From assembly GCF_009914755.1 (NCBI RefSeq), contig NC_060929.1: a DNA stretch of 64,000 nucleotides; one strand, given 5' to 3'. The notes under the pieces were generated by a model. The model did not search any database, had not been told where the DNA came from, and saw only the letters and a list, made by a program, of their open reading frames with translations. The position numbers were made by a program, and so were the translations under genes. Position 1 is the stretch's first letter. Each line of letters starts with the position of its first letter. This document shows, piece by piece, positions 59,001-64,000 of the stretch. This DNA comes from the human T2T-CHM13v2.0 reference genome, Homo sapiens.

Positions 59001-59624
59001 ACCGGTGTTGCCTGTACACAGGTCTTCTGGAAGGAAACAGCCTTTTGAGGCATAGCTGATAAATATTGGACTGGGCCTGACAGTGTCCGGTGGAAAACTG
59101 ATTGCAGCACTGAGAATATCTGCAAAGGCTTGGGAGCGATTTTGTTGATCATGACAACATGCCTGGGAGAGAAATTCAAACACGAGGCACTGGCTTTAGA
59201 TGGCAGGATGGCTTTAGCGGGCGAGAAGGCCCCAGAAGGCTGCAATGGATGTAAAATGGGCCTAAGGACAGTTCAGAGGGGTCCAGCAAGACCCAGCTGG
59301 ATTCACACATGCAGTTTGCAGAACTGTGACCCCTGTGGGCACCCAGGTCCATACACTGATATGCTTGGGAACCGATCAACGTTTTTGGTACCAGAATGAG
59401 GAGAGGGAAGTCATGTGTGCAAAGGGAAGAAAGGAGGCCGAGCCTGAGACAACCTAGCAGCTGTCCCCCTTCCTCCCTGCCCCACCCCATCCCACCCAGA
59501 CCAGATTTGAGCCCTAGAAAGAAGTCAGATAACAGCATGAGGTAGCAATGTTAAAGAATGGGCAGCTGTGGTGGCAGGAGAGGGGGTCTCCTTCTACAGA
59601 AGGCACTGAAGGCACCTTTCTAAT

Positions 59625-59800
59625 CACTTTACATACATGCTGTCACTTAATTTTCATGACATAACAATAGTAGGTACTACTATTATCCATATTTTACAGA
59701 TATGGAAACCAAGGTACAGAGAAGGTAAGTAGTTCCCCCAAAGACACAGAGTAAGAGGTGGAGCCAAGATTCTAGGAGAGATGGTCAACTCAACTACTGA
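59625..59800 (-). mobile_element. MIR
   Basis: TAGGTACTACTATTATCCATATTTTACAGATATGGAAACCAAGGTACAGAGAAGGTAAGT. Confidence 0.85.
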
Positions 59801-60097
59801 GCAATGCTGCCTCGGCCACACAGGCGACCATGCTCCCAGTACCTGGGTAACACAGGAGCCCCTCGCCCCTTTCCAACCCACTCTTCTCAGAAACTTCAGA
59901 GGATTCTTTGCACCATTAGGACCCTGAAGGCAAGCAGCTTTCAGGATGTGGAGTGGAGCAGGATCTCACAGAGGCCTTGGGGCAGGGACGGCAGTGGCCC
60001 CTTGGCCAGGAGCATGCAGCAGACAGGGCAGGCAGGCTTGCTCCTGGTGAAAAAGTGACGCCCACTCAGACACACCCACACCACACACCCAGGGCCA

Positions 60098-60275
60098 TAT
60101 CCAAATTGATGGCCCATCAGAAATTAAGAAGCCATCCAGAGGAAAGATCTTTTCCCCAGCAACAGGTACATGAGTATGTGCTGTGTGTTGAACAGAAGGA
60201 CCGAGCTCCCACAAGAGGATCCAAGGAATGTGATTGGTTTAGTCCTGGCCTCACCATCTCCCTTAAAAATCCAGT
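60098..60275 (+). repeat. Inverted duplication, copy 1
   Basis: Reverse complement of 63332-63505; 5 substitutions, one 5-bp and one 1-bp indel. Confidence 0.97.
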
Positions 60276-60637
60276 CAACAGGACTCACTTATGCTCCAAG
60301 CTCTCGAAGGAGATAGTCAGAAAAAGGAGAAAGAGAAACCCCATAATATCCTGCCTTCATTCTTCCTCCATGCCCAGACATTACCCTGACCAGTTCTCTT
60401 CGGGGCTAATGTCAATATCCTTAATACCTCAAATTATGGGCATTTAAGGGAAGAAATTAACCAAGCTAACTATACCATCTCAGAAACCTATTCACATAAC
60501 CACCAACCTCACTGAGCCCCAGTGACTTAGGAATACTCTCTGGGCTACTAAGCTAGAGTAAAAAAACTAGGCACTTGGTGAAATGGGAGATGTAAAATGT
60601 GAAATGGTAGATTGTGTGCACCATTAAAAACAAGGAA

Positions 60638-60766
60638 GCTGGGCACGGTGGTGAGTGCCTATAGTCCCAGCTCCTTGGGAGGCTGAGGAAGGAGAATCAC
60701 TTGTTTGAGGCCAGCCTAAGCAACATAGTGAGATGGCTTCTTTTTGGAAAAAAATAAAAATAAAAA
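60638..60766 (+). mobile_element. Alu monomer (FLAM/FAM-like)
   Basis: GCTGGGCACGGTGG...TAGTCCCAGCT...TTTGAGGCCAGCCTAAGCAACATAGTGAGA plus A-rich tail. Confidence 0.8.
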
Positions 60767-62039
60767 GGAGAAGAAGCCAGCCAGAGCACTATTACTTCTG
60801 CTGGAGTCTGGGTTTCTCACCAGGTGTGTCCAATGTCCTTCATTTTGGCCATCAGCAGATTATGTATTCTGTTTTGGCAGAGGGAGCTGGTCAGAGGTGC
60901 CACCCAGGGAGAACTTAGCTCTGCCCCTCCCTCGAGATCCAGGTGAGGATGGCTTCTGAATCTTGTTGCCATTAGGAGAGAGGAGCTCCCCCAATGCAGC
61001 CTGCTTTGTGTCCGCAAAGAAAACCAGCGCATTATTATTCCTCTGTCATCCTAAGAGTTGCTGAGCCTTGAAAGCTCCAACAGAGGCGGCTGCTGGAACG
61101 TGGCTGCGGGGGCAGTGCCACATCTAATTGCTTCACACACGGCTGCCAGTTTATGGGTCCTTCGCTCTGCATTTAACACCGTAGCTGCTGATGGACTTTC
61201 GCTGTTGGAAAATATGACCCGGTCCTCTGCACACGGTTTTATAACTGATGGGGGAAGATGCTCTCTCATTTGGTAAATTGTATCTGGCCTTTCCAGCTCA
61301 GTGGTCATTAATGTTTGTTCTCATCCAAGGAGCAGATTCAAAGAAATACAGCTCTCATTAGCTCCTGCTCAATTAAGAAAAATGCTCATCTGCCCCCATG
61401 ACTCAAACACAGCTTCCTAGCTGGAGCTGTTTGAGTTCCACAGCTGGAGAGACTGGGGAGGTCATCCAAGCCATCTCTGATGCTTCAGCCCCAGCCCCAG
61501 CCCCAGCCCCAGCAACATCCAGACTGCAAATCCCCTCCAGCACCTCCTGCCTCACTCATTCCACACCTGCCTCCTAACGAGCGAGGACTACAATAAGTGA
61601 CCCTGCTGAGTGCTTGCTGTGTACCAGGTGCTGTCCTAAACGATGTGCATGGCGTAGCTCACATAGGCATGCTTACAAATCTATGATCTCCAAAGTCACA
61701 AGAACGCTCTGGAGCAGGGTTCAAGTTCGACTCCTGACACCTATGTATGGGCTGTGTGAACGTGGAGAAATCACAAAGAGAAGACCCACATTTTTGTACT
61801 TAAACCAGATCCAGGTGTAATAAGGTGAATCTCCGGGGTCAGTGCCTCTATGGATAAGTTATCTTCACTTGGTTCTCTTTCCTCAGACTATTCCCAGGCA
61901 GCTGACTTCCACATCCTTGTGATTGGCCTCCAGGGGCATGAGGGAAAAGGAGAGAATGAATCAGCCAAAATCCCATCACTATCCTTGGAAAAAATGCCAT
62001 GTGATGTTATATTCTAAAATTTGCAAGTTGGAGCTGAAA

Positions 62040-62600
62040 ATAATCAGCGGTAGGTGTGTTAACTGGCATGGCCTCTATGGAGGACAATTTGCTAATATGT
62101 CAAAATTTCAAATGTACATCCTCTTTGACCTGGCAATTCTACTTCTAGGAATGTATCCTGAAAAATAGGTTTGGTGAGGGAAAGTGTGTGTTCAAGGATA
62201 TTTATGTCTGTATTGTCTTACTAGCATAAGCCTGGAACAATCTAGATGAGGACTGACTAAATAAATTATGGTATATTTGCACAATGCCATATTATGTAGC
62301 AATAAAAAGGCAGCTTTAACTAGATTCAAGTGGAACAATCTTCAAAATATTTTAAGTGAAAAAAATCAAGGTGTTATTGTACTTTTTTTAAGTATTTATA
62401 CTCAGCTGTTTATATATCATAGAATATCTCTAAAACAAAATCAACAATCTGATCATAGTTGCTGCCTCTGGGGAAACACTTTAGGTGGCTTGAAGTCAGG
62501 AGTGAGAGATAATTACTTTCACTGTGTAACCTTTTGAATCTTGAATTTATGTCATAGGAATGAACTACATATTCAAAAAGCAAACTGTATGTCATTAAAA
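62040..62600 (+). mobile_element. Ancient L1M(E) 3' fragment
   Basis: CTTTGACCTGGCAATTCTACTTCTAGGAATGTATCCTG...AAATAAATTATGGTATAT. Confidence 0.7.
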
Positions 62601-62682
62601 TATTAAAAATATTGATGTTTCAATAGACAAAATGCTTATTATTTATTTATTTATTTAGTTGATATTTTTAAAGGGGGAAAGA

Positions 62683-63275
<593 letters not shown>

Positions 63276-63331
63276 TCATAAATCTGCAGAGGACAATGAA
63301 AAAATAATAAGGTAAATATGCAGAGAAATAA

Positions 63332-63505
63332 ACTGGCATTTTTAAGGGAGATGGTGAGGCCAGGACTAAACCAATCATATTCCTTGGATCCTCTTGTGGG
63401 AGTCCTTCTGTTCAACACACAGCACATACTCATGTACCTGTTGCTGGGGAAAAGATCTTTCCATGGGATGGCTTCCTAATTTCTGATGGGCCATCAATTT
63501 GGATA
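63332..63505 (-). repeat. Inverted duplication, copy 2
   Basis: Reverse complement matches 60098-60275. Confidence 0.97.
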
Positions 63506-63595
63506 CTTTGGGAGCAGCTAAAGACCTGTTCTCAGGCTTCTTTGAGTACTGTTATGTCTCCTAACCAGCTTTCCCCCATGAAGCCTCTCCCCATC

Positions 63596-63956
63596 TGTGA
63601 TAATTCATTTTATGTACCAGTTTGGCTGGGCTATGGTGCCCAGTTGCATGGTCAAACATCAGTCTAGTTGTTGCTATGAAGGCAGTGTGTAGATGAGATA
63701 AACATTTGCATCAGTAGACTTCAAGGAAAGCAAACATACCTTCTCTAATGCGGGTGGCCTCATCCACTTGGTTGAAGGACTTAGGAGAAAAAGCCTGAGA
63801 TCCTCCGAGAAAGAGGGAATTCTGCCTCTGCACTGCCTTCAGACTAGAGACTGCAGCATCAACTCTTCCCTGGGTCTCCAGCCTCCTGACCTGCCCTGCA
63901 GTTGTTAGACTTGCCAGCCCCACACTTGCATAAGCCAATTTCTAAAAATAAATCTC
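63596..63956 (+). mobile_element. MLT2 (C/D-like) ERVL LTR, followed by a GA-rich tract to the window end
   Basis: TGTGATAATTCATTTTATGT...GGCTATGGTGCCCAGTTG...CTGCAGCATCAACTCTTCCCTGGGTCTCCAGCCT...AATAAATCTC. Confidence 0.85.
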
Positions 63957-64000
63957 AAGAGAGAAAGAGAAAGAGAGCAAGAAAGAGTGAAAGAGAGAGA

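Noticed and set aside
61078-61092. Possible CTCF site (CCAACAGAGGCGGC)
   Set aside because: Mismatches at core positions of the CCASYAGRKGGC consensus; not supportable without PWM scoring

Overview
Primate, almost certainly human, non-coding DNA (an AluYb8-lineage element is present). No host protein-coding gene is supported: recognisable ORFs are L1, Tigger1, HERV-H or Alu remnants, and the rest look like chance ORFs. The main elements are: a ~5.46 kb internally deleted HERV-H provirus with two LTR7 LTRs, His-tRNA PBS, PPT and GTCCT TSD (53318-58777, +); a full-length but disabled L1PA6/7-type LINE with a 16-bp TSD nested in Tigger1 (-); a Charlie1a interrupted by MER31 and an L1MA fragment; about 14 Alu/FLAM copies; many MaLR/ERV solo LTRs; and MIR/L2 debris. 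Unexplained structure includes a ~175-bp, ~94% identical inverted duplication of apparently unique DNA enclosing ~3 kb just downstream of the HERV-H 3' LTR. Both LTRs carry the LTR7up SOX motif, but only the 3' LTR keeps TATAAAA. There is also a ~140-bp direct duplication, a 36-bp x3 minisatellite, a CAGGTG E-box cluster and candidate lncRNA exons. Repeat family names come from recalled consensus sequences, not from a search, and boundaries of old repeats are approximate. I cannot claim a proven new system; the HERV-H/inverted-repeat arrangement is the best hypothesis.
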